From the NCBI GenBank assembly GCA_902473035.1, contig CABRQG010000001.1, positions 1 to 47,068 on the forward strand: a DNA stretch of 47,068 bases, read 5' to 3'. The notes below the pieces were generated by a model. That model had not been told where the DNA came from and did not search any database. It was given only the letters and a program-made list of their open reading frames with translations. Shown here in pieces: positions 1 through 10,485 of the stretch; position 1 is the stretch's first letter, and each line of letters opens with the position of its first letter. Made by a program: the position numbers and the translations under genes. This DNA comes from an uncultured Eubacteriales bacterium (GTDB lineage Bacteria > Bacillota > Clostridia > Christensenellales > Christensenellaceae).

Positions 1-480
1 ATGGCAGCCATCATCGCCCATTGTCTGGCACTCGTTCATAATAAAATATATGGCGGCAATATAGATGTGAACGCCGTCATCACATTTGCTCTGTATCACG
101 AGGCGGCCGAGGTGATCACCGGTGACCTCCCCACCCCCATTAAGTACTACAATGAGGATATTAAAAAAGCCTATAAGGAAATCGAGCGCTTATCCAGCCA
201 TCGTCTGCTCACCATGTTGCCAGATGAGTTAAAGCCCTACTATGAAAACTTCATTTTGCAGCGAGCCGATGAGCAAGTGCTTCAAATGGTCAAAGCTGCC
301 GATAAAATCTGCGCTTATATCAAGTGCATTGAAGAGAAAAAAAACGGGAATTGCGAATTCGACAAGGCCGCAGTGCGCCTTAGAGAGTCGCTGGATCAGC
401 TGAACATGCCGGAGGTGCAGTATTTTATCGATCACTTCCTACCCAGCTTTTACCTGACACTAGACGAGCTTAATAGGTGA
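1..480 (+). CDS. HD-domain 5'-deoxynucleotidase, YfbR-like (5' end outside window)
   Basis: Frame open from base 1 to the stop at 478-480. The YHEAAEVITGDLPTP metal-binding segment and overall layout are typical of YfbR/HD phosphohydrolases. Confidence 0.65.
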   Translation: MAAIIAHCLALVHNKIYGGNIDVNAVITFALYHEAAEVITGDLPTPIKYYNEDIKKAYKEIERLSSHRLLTMLPDELKPYYENFILQRADEQVLQMVKAADKICAYIKCIEEKKNGNCEFDKAAVRLRESLDQLNMPEVQYFIDHFLPSFYLTLDELNR

Positions 481-978
481 GTCGCTTTCACAACAGCGCC
501 TTTTTGCCCGCTTTTCCCGGAAGTAATCCCGGAGCAGCTTCGCGCAATCCTCTTCCAGTACACCGCCTATTACCCGGGGCATGTGGTTGAGCTTCCCCTC
601 TGCCAAGTCGTATAGACTGCCCAGAGCACCTGCTTTGGGATCATAGGCACCAAACACCACATTTTCTATTCTGCTGCCGATAATCGCCCCTGCACACATG
701 GGGCAGGGCTCTAGCGTCACAAATAGCGTACAGCCCAAAAGCCGCCAGCCACCCAGTGCTTGGGAGGCCTCATGGATGGCGATCAACTCTGCATGGCACA
801 GGGCGTTTTTTTGCGTTTCTCGCAAGTTATGTCCTCGGGAAATCACTTTGCCTTCCCTCACAATGACACATCCCACCGGTACCTCGTCTTTTTGGCGCGC
901 CAATTGCGCCTCCTCCATTGCCATTTTCATAAACTTCTCCATTTCCTGAATTGGCAGATCACTTTGATTGGTTTCCAT
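460..978 (-). CDS. tadA: tRNA-specific adenosine deaminase
   Basis: CMP/dCMP deaminase zinc motifs HAELIAI and PCPMCAGAI; 172 aa. Its 3' end overlaps the convergent ORF by 21 nt. Confidence 0.85.
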   Translation of the reverse strand: METNQSDLPIQEMEKFMKMAMEEAQLARQKDEVPVGCVIVREGKVISRGHNLRETQKNALCHAELIAIHEASQALGGWRLLGCTLFVTLEPCPMCAGAIIGSRIENVVFGAYDPKAGALGSLYDLAEGKLNHMPRVIGGVLEEDCAKLLRDYFREKRAKRRCCESDSPIKLV

Positions 979-1016
979 TGCTATCCACCCCCATTCCCAG
1001 CCTCATGACCATTTGC

Positions 1017-1514
1017 TCATTCGTCATCGTCAAAACCCCATTCTTCTCGCTGTTGATCCTCAATTGCCTGTTGGCGTTTTTCCTCTTCTCGTTTAAATTT
1101 TTCCAACAATGTAAGGCCATTATAATAGGTATTTTGTGCTAAATCATTGTACTTTTCATAAATCTCTTGGTTTTCGTCATTCAGTGCATGAATGGCAATG
1201 AGCATGTATTCTGTAGACTTAATAAATTCATCGTTAATTTGTATGATCTTCTCATTTTGGATGTCCATGCTGGCAAGATCCTGCTGGAAGTGCTCAATCT
1301 GACTTTGGAAATAGGCGCCTGTTTGCTTGCGACTCAGTGCCGATAGAAAATCGTCAAATCTCCCTTGCACATCGTAGTCGCTCATGAAATTGTCATAAAG
1401 CACCTTTTCTGTGACTTCACAGCTCGTCAAGGTCCCTATTAACATACATACAGCCACTAGTAAAAGCAGTATTCTTGTGATTTGTCCACCCTTTATAGAT
1501 GTGTCTTTTCCCAT
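1017..1514 (-). CDS. hypothetical lipoprotein
   Basis: Signal peptide ILLLLVAVCMLIGTLTSC with a lipobox Cys, followed by an acidic helical body. No recognisable family. Confidence 0.55.
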   Translation of the reverse strand: MGKDTSIKGGQITRILLLLVAVCMLIGTLTSCEVTEKVLYDNFMSDYDVQGRFDDFLSALSRKQTGAYFQSQIEHFQQDLASMDIQNEKIIQINDEFIKSTEYMLIAIHALNDENQEIYEKYNDLAQNTYYNGLTLLEKFKREEEKRQQAIEDQQREEWGFDDDE

Positions 1515-1614
1515 GTAATGATCGCACCTCTTTCATTTAAGAAATATGATAATGCTTTTCCCGCAATTCTGCAACTGAACGCTCTTCTACGCCCGATTTA
1601 TTTTATCATTTTTG

Positions 1615-1643
1615 TTGACTTTCATCCCCTTTTATTATATATT
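1615..1643 (+). promoter_or_regulatory. sigma-A type promoter of the leuS leader
   Basis: TTGACT (1615-1620), 17-nt spacer, TATATA (1638-1643). Confidence 0.45.
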
Positions 1644-1649
1644 TTTCAT

Positions 1650-1860
1650 AGAATAAATTTTTGGAGTAGTAAGCAGATTGTTCATCTCACAGAGAATTGC
1701 CCCTAGGCTGCGAGGGTATAGATGAAAGTTGTCGAACTCGCCAAAAAGTGTCATTTATTCACTGCCTTAAAAGTGCCATCACTCATAGATCAATGGGTAT
1801 GGAAAAAGAGTGGTACCGCGGAACATCATCCGTCTCTTTGCGAAGGGGCGGTTTTTCTTT
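1650..1860 (+). promoter_or_regulatory. T-box leader (Leu specifier CUC)
   Basis: AGAGA/AGTA stem I elements. GAA-CTC-G specifier context, with CTC at 1737-1739. Conserved T-box AAAGAGTGGTACCGCG at 1805-1820, overlapping the 5' flank of a terminator. Lies upstream of leuS. Confidence 0.75.
1830..1860 (+). terminator. T-box intrinsic terminator
   Basis: CCGTCTCTT-TGCG-AAGGGGCGG hairpin (two G.U pairs) followed by TTTTTCTTT. Confidence 0.7.
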
Positions 1861-2119
1861 GTAATCGATTTTCCAGCAAGGTCCCTGATATCAGGCATCT
1901 GAAAGCTCTTTATCCGAGAGGCATTGCACAATAGTCGAGACACAGCCCGTATTCTACAGGCGCATGGACGGCCGAGAGGGCAGGACCGCCTACGCTGGTT
2001 TAGACCGATACTGAGGCTTTTAAAAGAGACTATTCATTTGGAAAGAACAAGCTTAAAAGGGCATTGTATTCCATTTAATTTTTTAATTACCGCATGAAAT
2101 GTTAAAGGAGTTGAAACAC

Positions 2120-4546
2120 TTGAATTTTGTAGAAAATGAAAAGAAGTGGCAAAAGCGCTGGGCAGATACCAAGCTCTATGCATTTGACGAATCATCGGAT
2201 AAACCCAAAGACTATATTTTAGAGATGTTTTCCTACCCTTCTGGGGCAAAGCTCCACATCGGCCATTGGTATAACTACGGGCTCTCCGATACCTATGCTC
2301 GCTACCGGAGGATGAAGGGATATAATGTATTTCATCCCATGGGGTTTGATGCCTTTGGCCTTCCGGCCGAGAATTATGCCATTAAGACAGGAGTCCATCC
2401 GAAAGATTCCACCTTGCAAAATATTGCCACTATGGAGGAGCAGCTCAAGGCTATTGGTGCTACCTTTGACTGGAATTACGAGATCAAAACCTGTATGCCC
2501 GACTACTACAAGTGGACCCAGTGGATGTTCTTGCAGCTGTACAAACACGGCCTTGCCTACCGCAAAGCGGCGCCTGGCAATTGGTGGCCTAAGTGCAACA
2601 CCGTGCTAGCCAATGAACAGGTGGTAGGCGGTTTATGCGAGCGGTGTGATACTCCCGTTACTAAAAAACATCTGACCCAGTGGTTTTTCAAAATCACCGA
2701 TTATGCAGAGAGATTGCTGGCCGGTTTAGAAAATCTCGATTGGCCGGAGAAAACCAAATTGATGCAGAAAAATTGGATCGGCAAATCCGTGGGTGGTGAG
2801 GTCACCTTCCAGATTCAGGGGGGCGGTGAATTTACCGTGTTTACCACCCGGGCGGACACCCTTTTTGGAGTCACCTATGTGGTGCTCTCTCCCGAGCATG
2901 AATTAGTGGATTCCCTTACCACTCCTGAAAACAAACAGGCAGTAGAAGAGTATAAAGCATATGCGGCAGCGGCTAGTGAGATCGACCGGCTCTCTACTAC
3001 CCGAGAAAAAACTGGCGTATTTACCGGTTCTTACGCTATCAACCCCATCAACGGCAGAGTAGTACCTATTTGGATTTCCGACTACGTGTTGGCCAGCTAT
3101 GGCACAGGCGCCGTCATGGCCGTTCCCGCCCACGATGAGAGGGACTTTGAATTTGCTACTAAGTTCTCCCTGCCCATCGAACAGGTCATCCGCCCTGCCA
3201 AGGAAGAGGCGGAGTTTTCCCTGCCCTACTGTGAGCATGGCGTGATGGTCAACAGTGGCGAATTCGATGGTCTCTCCACCAAAGAGGGCATTACTGCTAT
3301 TTTGAAAAAGCTCCACTCCCAAGGAGCCGGGGACTTCAAGACCAACTATCGGTTAAGAGATTGGCTGGTCTCTCGTCAGCGCTATTGGGGGGCGCCCATC
3401 CCCATCATCCACTGTGAACACTGTGGTGATGTGCCCGTCCCTGAGGAGGATCTTCCTGTTGAGCTCCCCTATGAGGTGGACTTCACGCCAGATGGCACTT
3501 CTCCGCTGGCCAAATGCGAATCCTTTGTTAATACCACCTGCCCAGTGTGCGGTCGGCCTGCCAAGCGGGATGTGGACACCATGGACACCTTCGTGTGCTC
3601 CTCTTGGTATTTCCTCCGCTATCCCAGTGCCTCAAATAGCGAGAAGCCCTTTGACCCTGAAAAGACTAACTGGCTGCTCCCTGTAGATAAATATATCGGC
3701 GGTGCAGAACACGCCTGTATGCATCTGCTCTATGCCCGTTTCTTCACCATGGCGCTTCACGACATGGGATACTTGAATTTTGACGAGCCCTTCCGCTCTT
3801 TGGTGCACCAGGGTGTCATATTAGGCCCAGATGGCGAGCGGATGAGTAAATCCAGGGGCAACGTCATCTCGCCAGATGAGTACATCCAAAAGTACGGCTC
3901 CGACGTTTTCCGGATGTATTTGGGTTTCGGCTTCTCCTACGTGGAAGGTGGCCCATGGAACGACGGCGGCATCAAGGCCGTGCATAAATTCCTGGAGCGC
4001 ATTGAGCGGCTGGTCAAATGGGTACAGTCTGCTGATGGCACAGTAAATCAGATGGGCAAAGCAGAAGAGGAAGTCAACTTCGTGCTGCACAACACCATCA
4101 AACAGGTAAATCACGACCTGGAGATCTTCCAGTTTAATACAGCCATTGCTCGTCTCATGGAGCTGGTCAATGCCATGTACAAATATATGGATACTGGGAA
4201 TATCTACCAAGAATTTATGCTAAATACCACCAAAACACTGATCAAGTTGCTGGCGCCCTTCGCTCCTCACTTTGCGGAGGAGATGAACGAACAGCTAGGG
4301 GAGCCCTATTCCATCTTCAACCAATCCTTCCCCGCCTGGGACGAATCCGCGCTGGTGAAAGATACTGTTCAGTTGGCATTACAAGTCAATGGCAAGGTGA
4401 GAACAAAGTTTGAAGTGGACGCTTCCATGTCTAAAGAGCAGATTGAAGAGCTGGTTCGCACAGAATACACTCGCTATTTTGGAGATAAGCCGGTACGCAA
4501 AATCATCGTAGTACCCGGACGCATTGTCAATGTGGTTGTGGGATAA
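2120..4546 (+). CDS. leuS: leucine--tRNA ligase
   Basis: 815-aa ORF with class I aaRS motifs (HIGH-like [13 protein letters not shown]) and a LeuRS CP1/zinc region. The ORF opens at ATG 2099, but AAAGGAG (2104-2110) sits 9 nt before TTG 2120, giving the usual MNF..EKKWQ N-terminus. Confidence 0.95.
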   Translation: MNFVENEKKWQKRWADTKLYAFDESSDKPKDYILEMFSYPSGAKLHIGHWYNYGLSDTYARYRRMKGYNVFHPMGFDAFGLPAENYAIKTGVHPKDSTLQNIATMEEQLKAIGATFDWNYEIKTCMPDYYKWTQWMFLQLYKHGLAYRKAAPGNWWPKCNTVLANEQVVGGLCERCDTPVTKKHLTQWFFKITDYAERLLAGLENLDWPEKTKLMQKNWIGKSVGGEVTFQIQGGGEFTVFTTRADTLFGVTYVVLSPEHELVDSLTTPENKQAVEEYKAYAAAASEIDRLSTTREKTGVFTGSYAINPINGRVVPIWISDYVLASYGTGAVMAVPAHDERDFEFATKFSLPIEQVIRPAKEEAEFSLPYCEHGVMVNSGEFDGLSTKEGITAILKKLHSQGAGDFKTNYRLRDWLVSRQRYWGAPIPIIHCEHCGDVPVPEEDLPVELPYEVDFTPDGTSPLAKCESFVNTTCPVCGRPAKRDVDTMDTFVCSSWYFLRYPSASNSEKPFDPEKTNWLLPVDKYIGGAEHACMHLLYARFFTMALHDMGYLNFDEPFRSLVHQGVILGPDGERMSKSRGNVISPDEYIQKYGSDVFRMYLGFGFSYVEGGPWNDGGIKAVHKFLERIERLVKWVQSADGTVNQMGKAEEEVNFVLHNTIKQVNHDLEIFQFNTAIARLMELVNAMYKYMDTGNIYQEFMLNTTKTLIKLLAPFAPHFAEEMNEQLGEPYSIFNQSFPAWDESALVKDTVQLALQVNGKVRTKFEVDASMSKEQIEELVRTEYTRYFGDKPVRKIIVVPGRIVNVVVG

Positions 4547-4560
4547 CTGTTAAGAGATCT

Positions 4561-4588
4561 AAAAGAAGGCCTTAAAAGGCCTTCTTTT
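4561..4588. terminator. bidirectional intrinsic terminator between convergent leuS and bioY
   Basis: AAAA-GAAGGCC-ttaaaa-GGCCTTC-TTTT. Confidence 0.8.
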
Positions 4589-4763
4589 CATCTGCTTTTC
4601 TCAAAATTATGTTCTTTCCAGAGTAACCCTCTATATATTTTCCCATAGAGCACGAAGTGAGTATCATCAATAAAAGAATATTCCTCACGTTTTTTACCTT
4701 AGAGTTGTCATTAGGTAATGGTTGTATTGCGTTGATACCAAGGCTTCAAAGAGGGTTAGATTT

Positions 4764-5309
4764 TTATTCTCCTCTCTGTTTATCCAATATTTTTCTGAGT
4801 TTTGCACTTAGCAGTGAGGCGGCAATGATTTTCAGCGCATCTCCAATCAAAAATGGGACGACACAGGCCGCTAGAGCCACGATAAAATTCGTCTGCATGC
4901 TAATGGTGTACCAAATCGTTCCCAGCAGATAACAACCCGCTAGGCCTGCAACCATGGCAACGGGATAAATCCATATTTTTTTCTTTGAGTAATCTACAAT
5001 AATTCCCACCAGAGCCACCGCTAAAATATATCCGACAATATACCCGCCCGTTGGCCCAGCCAGTACGCCAAAACCTCCTTGCAGCGACGCAAATACCGGT
5101 AGTCCCACCAATCCCAATGCCACATACACACACATGCTTATTGTTCCCCACTTGGGCCCCAACAGTGCTCCAGCCAAAAAGACAGCCAGTGTCGCCAGAT
5201 TTATGGGTACTGGTGTAAAGGGCAGTGGAATGATAATTTGAGAAAGTACTGCTGTCAGCGCTGCAAAAAGTGCTGCCAGTACGAGCATTTTTATCTTCGA
5301 TGTCTTCAT
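4764..5309 (-). CDS. bioY: biotin ECF-transporter S component BioY
   Basis: 181-aa polytopic membrane protein with a BioY-like N-terminus (LSQIIIPLPFTPVPINLATLAVFLAGALLG). A BirA-type operator lies directly upstream. Confidence 0.8.
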   Translation of the reverse strand: MKTSKIKMLVLAALFAALTAVLSQIIIPLPFTPVPINLATLAVFLAGALLGPKWGTISMCVYVALGLVGLPVFASLQGGFGVLAGPTGGYIVGYILAVALVGIIVDYSKKKIWIYPVAMVAGLAGCYLLGTIWYTISMQTNFIVALAACVVPFLIGDALKIIAASLLSAKLRKILDKQRGE

Positions 5310-5319
5310 TTTTCCTCCG

Positions 5320-5352
5320 ATTGTAAACTCTAATTATTTATTAGTTTACAAT
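5320..5352. promoter_or_regulatory. BirA-type operator
   Basis: ATTGTAAAC-N15-GTTTACAAT perfect inverted repeat between the -10 box and the bioY RBS. Confidence 0.6.
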
Positions 5353-5353
5353 T

Positions 5354-5382
5354 ATTCTACTCAATCTCCCGTATTTCGTCAA
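5354..5382 (-). promoter_or_regulatory. bioY promoter
   Basis: Minus strand: TTGACG (5377-5382), 17 nt, TAGAAT (5354-5359). Confidence 0.5.
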
Positions 5383-5720
5383 GCGGTATTTTTAGCAGTG
5401 TGAAAATCTTCATGCAATTCCCCAATCTTCTCATGGGAAAATACGCCATACAGTATATATTACTGCATGACGTATTTTCCGGATTTACCATGCGTTTCAC
5501 TCATAACTTATTCGGGCCAAGGCAATCATTTTGCGTCGTTCGTTTTTCCTGCAGTTTTGAACGTCAGATGTTTGTTTATCCAACATGTAGTTTAAAGTGT
5601 TCCTTCCAATAGACCTATCTACCAAAGAATGTTTCCGCTCACAAAAGTGTCCTCTCTTGCTTGCCCAATCATCTCCCAATCATTTTTATCCTTGTCCCTT
5701 CTAAGGCCATACTGAAACTT

Positions 5721-6086
5721 TTACTTCTTTACAACCACCTCTTCTACTCCTGGCCTAAGCATTAATACCAGCTGTTCAAACAGTCGAATGACCAACGTCT
5801 GGTGTTCGGGCTTTAACGCCTGTACCACTTCCAAAGATCTCAAAAGCAGTTGAGCCGTAATCATAGATGAAGTATCTTCTGTCTGTTCTAGCAGGTATGA
5901 TACCGGTACATTAAATGATTCCGCTAAACGCTCTAGAGTATCAAGTGTGGGATTGGCACGAGCTTTTTCTATATCGCACAACACCGTTTTACTCAGACCA
6001 ATCTCTTCTGCACATTCCATCTGCGACTTACCCTGCAAGTTGCGCAATTGGCGAATTTTGTCCGCTAAAGTCTTTCTGGTTTCCAT
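5721..6086 (-). CDS. XRE-family HTH transcriptional regulator
   Basis: HTH_3-like segment GKSQMECAEEIGLSKTVLCDIEKARANPTLDTLERLA. AAGGAGG sits 8 nt before ATG 6086; the ORF track start at 6104 runs through the RBS. Paralog of 34516-34887. Confidence 0.75.
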   Translation of the reverse strand: METRKTLADKIRQLRNLQGKSQMECAEEIGLSKTVLCDIEKARANPTLDTLERLAESFNVPVSYLLEQTEDTSSMITAQLLLRSLEVVQALKPEHQTLVIRLFEQLVLMLRPGVEEVVVKK

Positions 6087-6544
6087 ATCCATAACCTCCT
6101 TCACTTATACTGTAAGGAAGTTTTTTCCATTCTTCAAACCAGTATACAGGAAAATCGCTATCGTTATAACGTGATTTATTCTACTTTTTTACAAGTTCTT
6201 ACAACACAATCGAGATGCAATATCCATTCTCCATTCCCCAAGTTCTAATGCCTTTTATCCCATATTTACGCCCAATTCTTTCTATTTTTCAAACCATTCA
6301 GTCCATCCTATTTTTCACTTTTGCCCCCTAAAACTAGTGTCTTCTATTCTATATCATTATATTGGAAACAGAATACCGGTAGTTTTCCACCTTTTCTCCC
6401 ACAAAAAAGGATCCTCCATGGGTAATTTTGTGTCTGATCTCATACTATCAGCTCGATAAAACCCCTGGTGATCCTATTTTGCACTTTCCCTACATTTAGT
6501 AAAAGCTTTCAAACAAGGAGAAATTTATTTACGCTAGATGATTA

Positions 6545-7495
6545 TTATTTGCTAAACTTTTTATGCCATTTCCCAACACTCTGAGCAATTGATGCAGCAT
6601 CTATTCCAAATTTCTTCATCAAATAGGCAATGTCCGCCGTCTCTCCAAAACAGTCTTGTAGTCCCAGTCGAAACAGATATGTGGGTGATTGCTCTCCAAT
6701 GACCTCTGCCACTGCACTTCCCAACCCTCCATATACCGAGTGGTTTTCCACCGAAACCAAAAACTTTGTTTGGTGCGCTGTACGGCAAATTTCCTCTCTA
6801 TCAATAGGCTTAATAAATGGCATATGGACATGCCTTACAGAAATGCCCTGTTGCTTTAGCATCGCAACTGCCTTTACTGCCTCTTGCGTGGCAATTCCTG
6901 TAGTAATCAGCCCCACGTCTTCTCCATCCGAGAGCACTATCGATTTCCCTTCCTGTAGTACGTATTTTTCGTCCATCAGGTCTGGGAAAACACCTTTATT
7001 TTGGCGAATGTAAACCGGTCCTTGGTGGAACGCACTATAGGCGAGCGCTGCTGCAAATTCTACGCCATCTGCCGGATCAATTACCTGGAATCCTGGCAGT
7101 GCGCGAAAAATTCCCATGTCGTCTATAGAAATATGCGTGCCACCATTTTTCTCGCTAGTGAGCCCAGCGTAACTTCCGATGAGTTTCACATTAAACCGGT
7201 TGTAAGCCACCGAATTTACCACCTGATCGCAACCTCTCTGGGAGACAAAGCAGGCAAAGGAAGAGGCAAAGGGTATTTTTCCCATGGCAGCTAGCCCAGC
7301 AGAAAAACTCACCAGGTTCTGTTCGGCAATTCCCACATTAAAATGCCGTTGAGGGTATTTCTTTGCGAACACATCACTGCCGGACGCCTTCATCAAATCC
7401 GCTTCTACCACAACAATGCGATCATCTTGCTCTGCCAGCTCTGCCAGCTTATTGCCGTAAATTACCTTGGTGTCTCTTGTCTTTGCTAAACTCAT
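6545..7495 (-). CDS. transketolase, C-terminal (Pyr/C) subunit, pair 1
   Basis: 316 aa. The FNVGIAEQNLVSFSAGLA pyrimidine-binding motif is typical of split transketolases. Overlaps its partner gene by 4 nt. Confidence 0.85.
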   Translation of the reverse strand: MSLAKTRDTKVIYGNKLAELAEQDDRIVVVEADLMKASGSDVFAKKYPQRHFNVGIAEQNLVSFSAGLAAMGKIPFASSFACFVSQRGCDQVVNSVAYNRFNVKLIGSYAGLTSEKNGGTHISIDDMGIFRALPGFQVIDPADGVEFAAALAYSAFHQGPVYIRQNKGVFPDLMDEKYVLQEGKSIVLSDGEDVGLITTGIATQEAVKAVAMLKQQGISVRHVHMPFIKPIDREEICRTAHQTKFLVSVENHSVYGGLGSAVAEVIGEQSPTYLFRLGLQDCFGETADIAYLMKKFGIDAASIAQSVGKWHKKFSK

Positions 7496-8307
7496 GATTG
7501 CACCTCCAAATCAGCCAATCCCCTTTGATACTGTTCTTCGCTGATGCTTCCACTGTGCCAGATATATTGATCTTCCATAAATGAAACGCCCTTGCCCTTA
7601 ATAGTATTTGCTATAATCATCGTGGGTTTTTCTGCGCACTGTTTGGCAGTGGAAATCGCCTGCTCAATCTCGTCGGTATTGTGACCGTCAATCACGAGTA
7701 CATTCCAGCTAAAAGCCCTCCACTTGTCCGCCAAAGGTTCTAAGGGCAATACTTCGTCCGTATGGCCGTCGATCTGGCATCTATTTCTGTCGGTAAAGGC
7801 AATTAGATTGCCCAGTTGATACTTGGGCGCCAACATGGCAGCTTCCCATACCTGCCCTTCATCGCTCTCACCATCTCCCAAAATAGCATAGACATAGGTA
7901 TCCAGCCCGTCTAATTTGGCAGCCATCGCCATTCCCGTAGCCACAGATAATCCCTGCCCCAGGGGGCCAGAAGAGTAATCAATGCCAGGCACCTTCAGCC
8001 GATCTACGTGTTTGGGGAGGTGCCCCCCACCCTGATCCAAGGTATCCAGCCACTCCTCTGGGAAAAATCCTTTATCTGCCAACACCACATACAGCGCCGG
8101 ACCTGCATGGCCTTTGGCCAAAACAAACCGATCCCGTAGGGGCCAATTGGGATTTTTGGGGTCTACCTTCATCACTCCGTTATACAGCACAGCGATCATC
8201 TCCATCATGGAAAGCGTCCCGCCAAAGTGCCCCCCTCCTGAATGATGGATCGTCGTAAACAGTTTCTTTCTCAGCTTCTGTGCGTATTCTTGATTTTGTT
8301 TAGACAT
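7492..8307 (-). CDS. transketolase, N-terminal (TPP-binding) subunit, pair 1
   Basis: 271 aa with SGGGHFGGTLS and GDGESDEGQVWEA TPP motifs. Confidence 0.85.
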   Translation of the reverse strand: MSKQNQEYAQKLRKKLFTTIHHSGGGHFGGTLSMMEMIAVLYNGVMKVDPKNPNWPLRDRFVLAKGHAGPALYVVLADKGFFPEEWLDTLDQGGGHLPKHVDRLKVPGIDYSSGPLGQGLSVATGMAMAAKLDGLDTYVYAILGDGESDEGQVWEAAMLAPKYQLGNLIAFTDRNRCQIDGHTDEVLPLEPLADKWRAFSWNVLVIDGHNTDEIEQAISTAKQCAEKPTMIIANTIKGKGVSFMEDQYIWHSGSISEEQYQRGLADLEVQS

Positions 8308-8333
8308 ATTCCGCCTCCCAGCATTGCAAGCTG

Positions 8334-8684
8334 CTATTTTGCGCCTTTAAAATCGTTTTTGGGATTGAACATGAAGACGAACTTCAAAGGCTCATTGGTA
8401 TCATTGATCACCTGATGCTCTACCCCTATGGGGAATAGCACAGCTGTATAGGGTTTCATCTCTTCTTTTGATCCTCCCACAATGGAAGTTCCGCTCCCCT
8501 CGATCACAAAGATGATCTCCTCTTTGTCTTCGTGAGTATGAGGATCCATTGCCGTATTTGCCGGAACCTCAGTGAGCCCTACCGACATATTATCGCTCAC
8601 CACGCCATTGGCGTCGATAAACAGATTTACTCTTCTTCCTTTTAAGTCTAATACCTTCGCATCTTTTAATTGTACTGAATACAT
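8334..8684 (-). CDS. cupin-domain protein (possible sugar isomerase)
   Basis: 116 aa. Cupin metal ligands PHTHEDKEE ... GVEHQV. Sits between the two transketolase pairs. Confidence 0.65.
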   Translation of the reverse strand: MYSVQLKDAKVLDLKGRRVNLFIDANGVVSDNMSVGLTEVPANTAMDPHTHEDKEEIIFVIEGSGTSIVGGSKEEMKPYTAVLFPIGVEHQVINDTNEPLKFVFMFNPKNDFKGAK

Positions 8685-8700
8685 GTGTTTTCCTTTCTCC

Positions 8701-9642
8701 CTATAGGGCTTTCATTTCTCTCACCTTTTGGGTGATAGCTTTTTTATCCATGCCGTAGTATTGCCGCAATTCCTGAGGGGTCCCCGTTCGCGCAAACTGA
8801 TCTTTTAAGCCCATGTGCTCTAATTGAAATTCTCCCTTTCCACACAGCAGCTCCGAGATAACACTAGCTAAACCACCTACGATATTGTGCTCTTCTATAG
8901 TGAGTATTTTTTTTGCCTTTTGACATCTAGCAATAATGTCTTCAGCATCTAAAATGGGTTTTAGAGTATGCATTTCCAACACCCCAACGTTTATGCCTTC
9001 TTGCCTTAGATCGTCCGCTGCATCCAAAGCCTCGGTGAGCACTAGGCCAGTAGCGATGAGCAATATGTCCTCCCCGCTCCGGTGCAACACCGGCTTGCCA
9101 ATGATAAACTCTTGGGCCTGCGGTTCCACTACGGGCGAAGGGTCTCTTCCCACCCTAAGATACACTGGACCTGGGTAAGCCGCTGCCGCTTTGACGGCCA
9201 GCTTTGTGGTGTAATAATCACAAGGAGCCACCACTGCCATGTTAGCAATGCAGCGCATAATCCCCAAATCCTCTGTAGCTACGTGGGTAACTCCCTCAAT
9301 TCCCGCAGAAAACCCGCCAATCCCCGCAATTACTTTCACATTCAGGTTAGGATACGCCACAAACGTCCTGAGCTGTTCACAGCACCGCATGGAGGTAAAG
9401 ACGGAATAAGAAGCCGCAAAAGGGATTTTCCCTGTGGCAGCTAGTCCTGCCGCCGGCCTAATCATATTTTGTTCTGCAATTCCCGTGTCGATAAACCTCT
9501 CTGGGAACTCCTCTTTCAGCAGTGAGGTGTACATGGATTTGGAAGTGTCAGCGCTCAGCGCCACTACATCCATACCTTCTCGCGCCAATTCCAAGATAGC
9601 CTCGCCTGCCGCCAATCTGGTTGACAGCTGCTCCTTACTCAT
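8701..9642 (-). CDS. transketolase, C-terminal subunit, pair 2
   Basis: 313 aa; FIDTGIAEQNMIRPAAGLA motif; divergent from pair 1. Confidence 0.85.
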   Translation of the reverse strand: MSKEQLSTRLAAGEAILELAREGMDVVALSADTSKSMYTSLLKEEFPERFIDTGIAEQNMIRPAAGLAATGKIPFAASYSVFTSMRCCEQLRTFVAYPNLNVKVIAGIGGFSAGIEGVTHVATEDLGIMRCIANMAVVAPCDYYTTKLAVKAAAAYPGPVYLRVGRDPSPVVEPQAQEFIIGKPVLHRSGEDILLIATGLVLTEALDAADDLRQEGINVGVLEMHTLKPILDAEDIIARCQKAKKILTIEEHNIVGGLASVISELLCGKGEFQLEHMGLKDQFARTGTPQELRQYYGMDKKAITQKVREMKAL

Positions 9643-9645
9643 CTG

Positions 9646-10485
9646 TCATCCTCCTAACTCCTCTAATGCTATTTGATATTCTTCCTGGGTCAGCGTCTTT
9701 TGGTGCCAGGCGTTGTTGTTTTCCATAAACGATACTCCCTTGCCCTTAATGGTATGCGCCAAAATCACAGTGGGCTTTCCCTTGGCATTCGCCACCTTAT
9801 CCAGCGCCTCACAGATTTGTTCCATATTGTGGCCGTCTATGGATATCACATTCCACCCAAAAGACTCCCAACGCTCCTTCCACGGCTCCATGGGCATGGT
9901 GTTTTCCACGCTATCACAGCTCTGCAGGCCATTTTGATCCACAATGGCGATCAAATTATCCAGATGGTATTTGGGCGCTAACATTGCCGCCTCCCACACC
10001 AGCCCTTCTTGACACTCACCATCTCCTAAGATCACATATACTCGATATTCTAGCTGATCTATTTTGGCAGCCAATGCCATACCCACACCAGCAGAGAGCC
10101 CGTTTCCCAAAGAGCCCGCCGTCATGTCCACACCTGGAGTTCCTTTCATATCCGGGTGTCCTTGGAGCATGCCATCAATATGTCGAAAGCCCTTTAAATC
10201 CTCGCTCGTGAGAATTCCCTTCATCTGCAGTGCACTGTATAAGACCGTACATGCATGGCCCTTAGATAAGATCAGTCGATCTCTTTGCCTCGCCGCCGGC
10301 TGATCTGGAATGATATTCATCTTATCAAAGTACAGTGCAGCCACTACGTCAGCTATGGAAAGAGCAGGGCCTGGATGAGCTTTCCGCTCCGGCCCCACGC
10401 CATAACACATATTGACGATCTGCCGGCGCAGCCTGTTTGCTTGGCTTTTTAAGTAGTTCAGACGATTCTCTTCCATCTCTCTCAC
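9646..10485 (-). CDS. transketolase, N-terminal subunit, pair 2
   Basis: 279 aa; AHPGPALS and GDGECQEGLVWEA TPP motifs. Confidence 0.85.
   Translation of the reverse strand: MREMEENRLNYLKSQANRLRRQIVNMCYGVGPERKAHPGPALSIADVVAALYFDKMNIIPDQPAARQRDRLILSKGHACTVLYSALQMKGILTSEDLKGFRHIDGMLQGHPDMKGTPGVDMTAGSLGNGLSAGVGMALAAKIDQLEYRVYVILGDGECQEGLVWEAAMLAPKYHLDNLIAIVDQNGLQSCDSVENTMPMEPWKERWESFGWNVISIDGHNMEQICEALDKVANAKGKPTVILAHTIKGKGVSFMENNNAWHQKTLTQEEYQIALEELGG

Noticed and set aside
460-480. 21-nt convergent overlap of the yfbR-like and tadA 3' ends.
   Set aside because: Short convergent overlaps are common, and there is no sign of a frameshift or regulatory structure.
4657-4932. 91-aa plus-strand ORF between leuS and bioY.
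   Set aside because: It overlaps the 3' part of bioY antisense, has no RBS and gives a low-complexity hydrophobic translation.
6105-6544. 440-bp ORF-free spacer between the last transketolase gene and the XRE gene; checked for a terminator, sRNA or repeats.
   Set aside because: It has only weak palindromes (CCATGG/AGGATCCT followed by a T-run) and no repeat shared with the rest of the window. The evidence is insufficient for any feature beyond the possible XRE operator noted in the findings.
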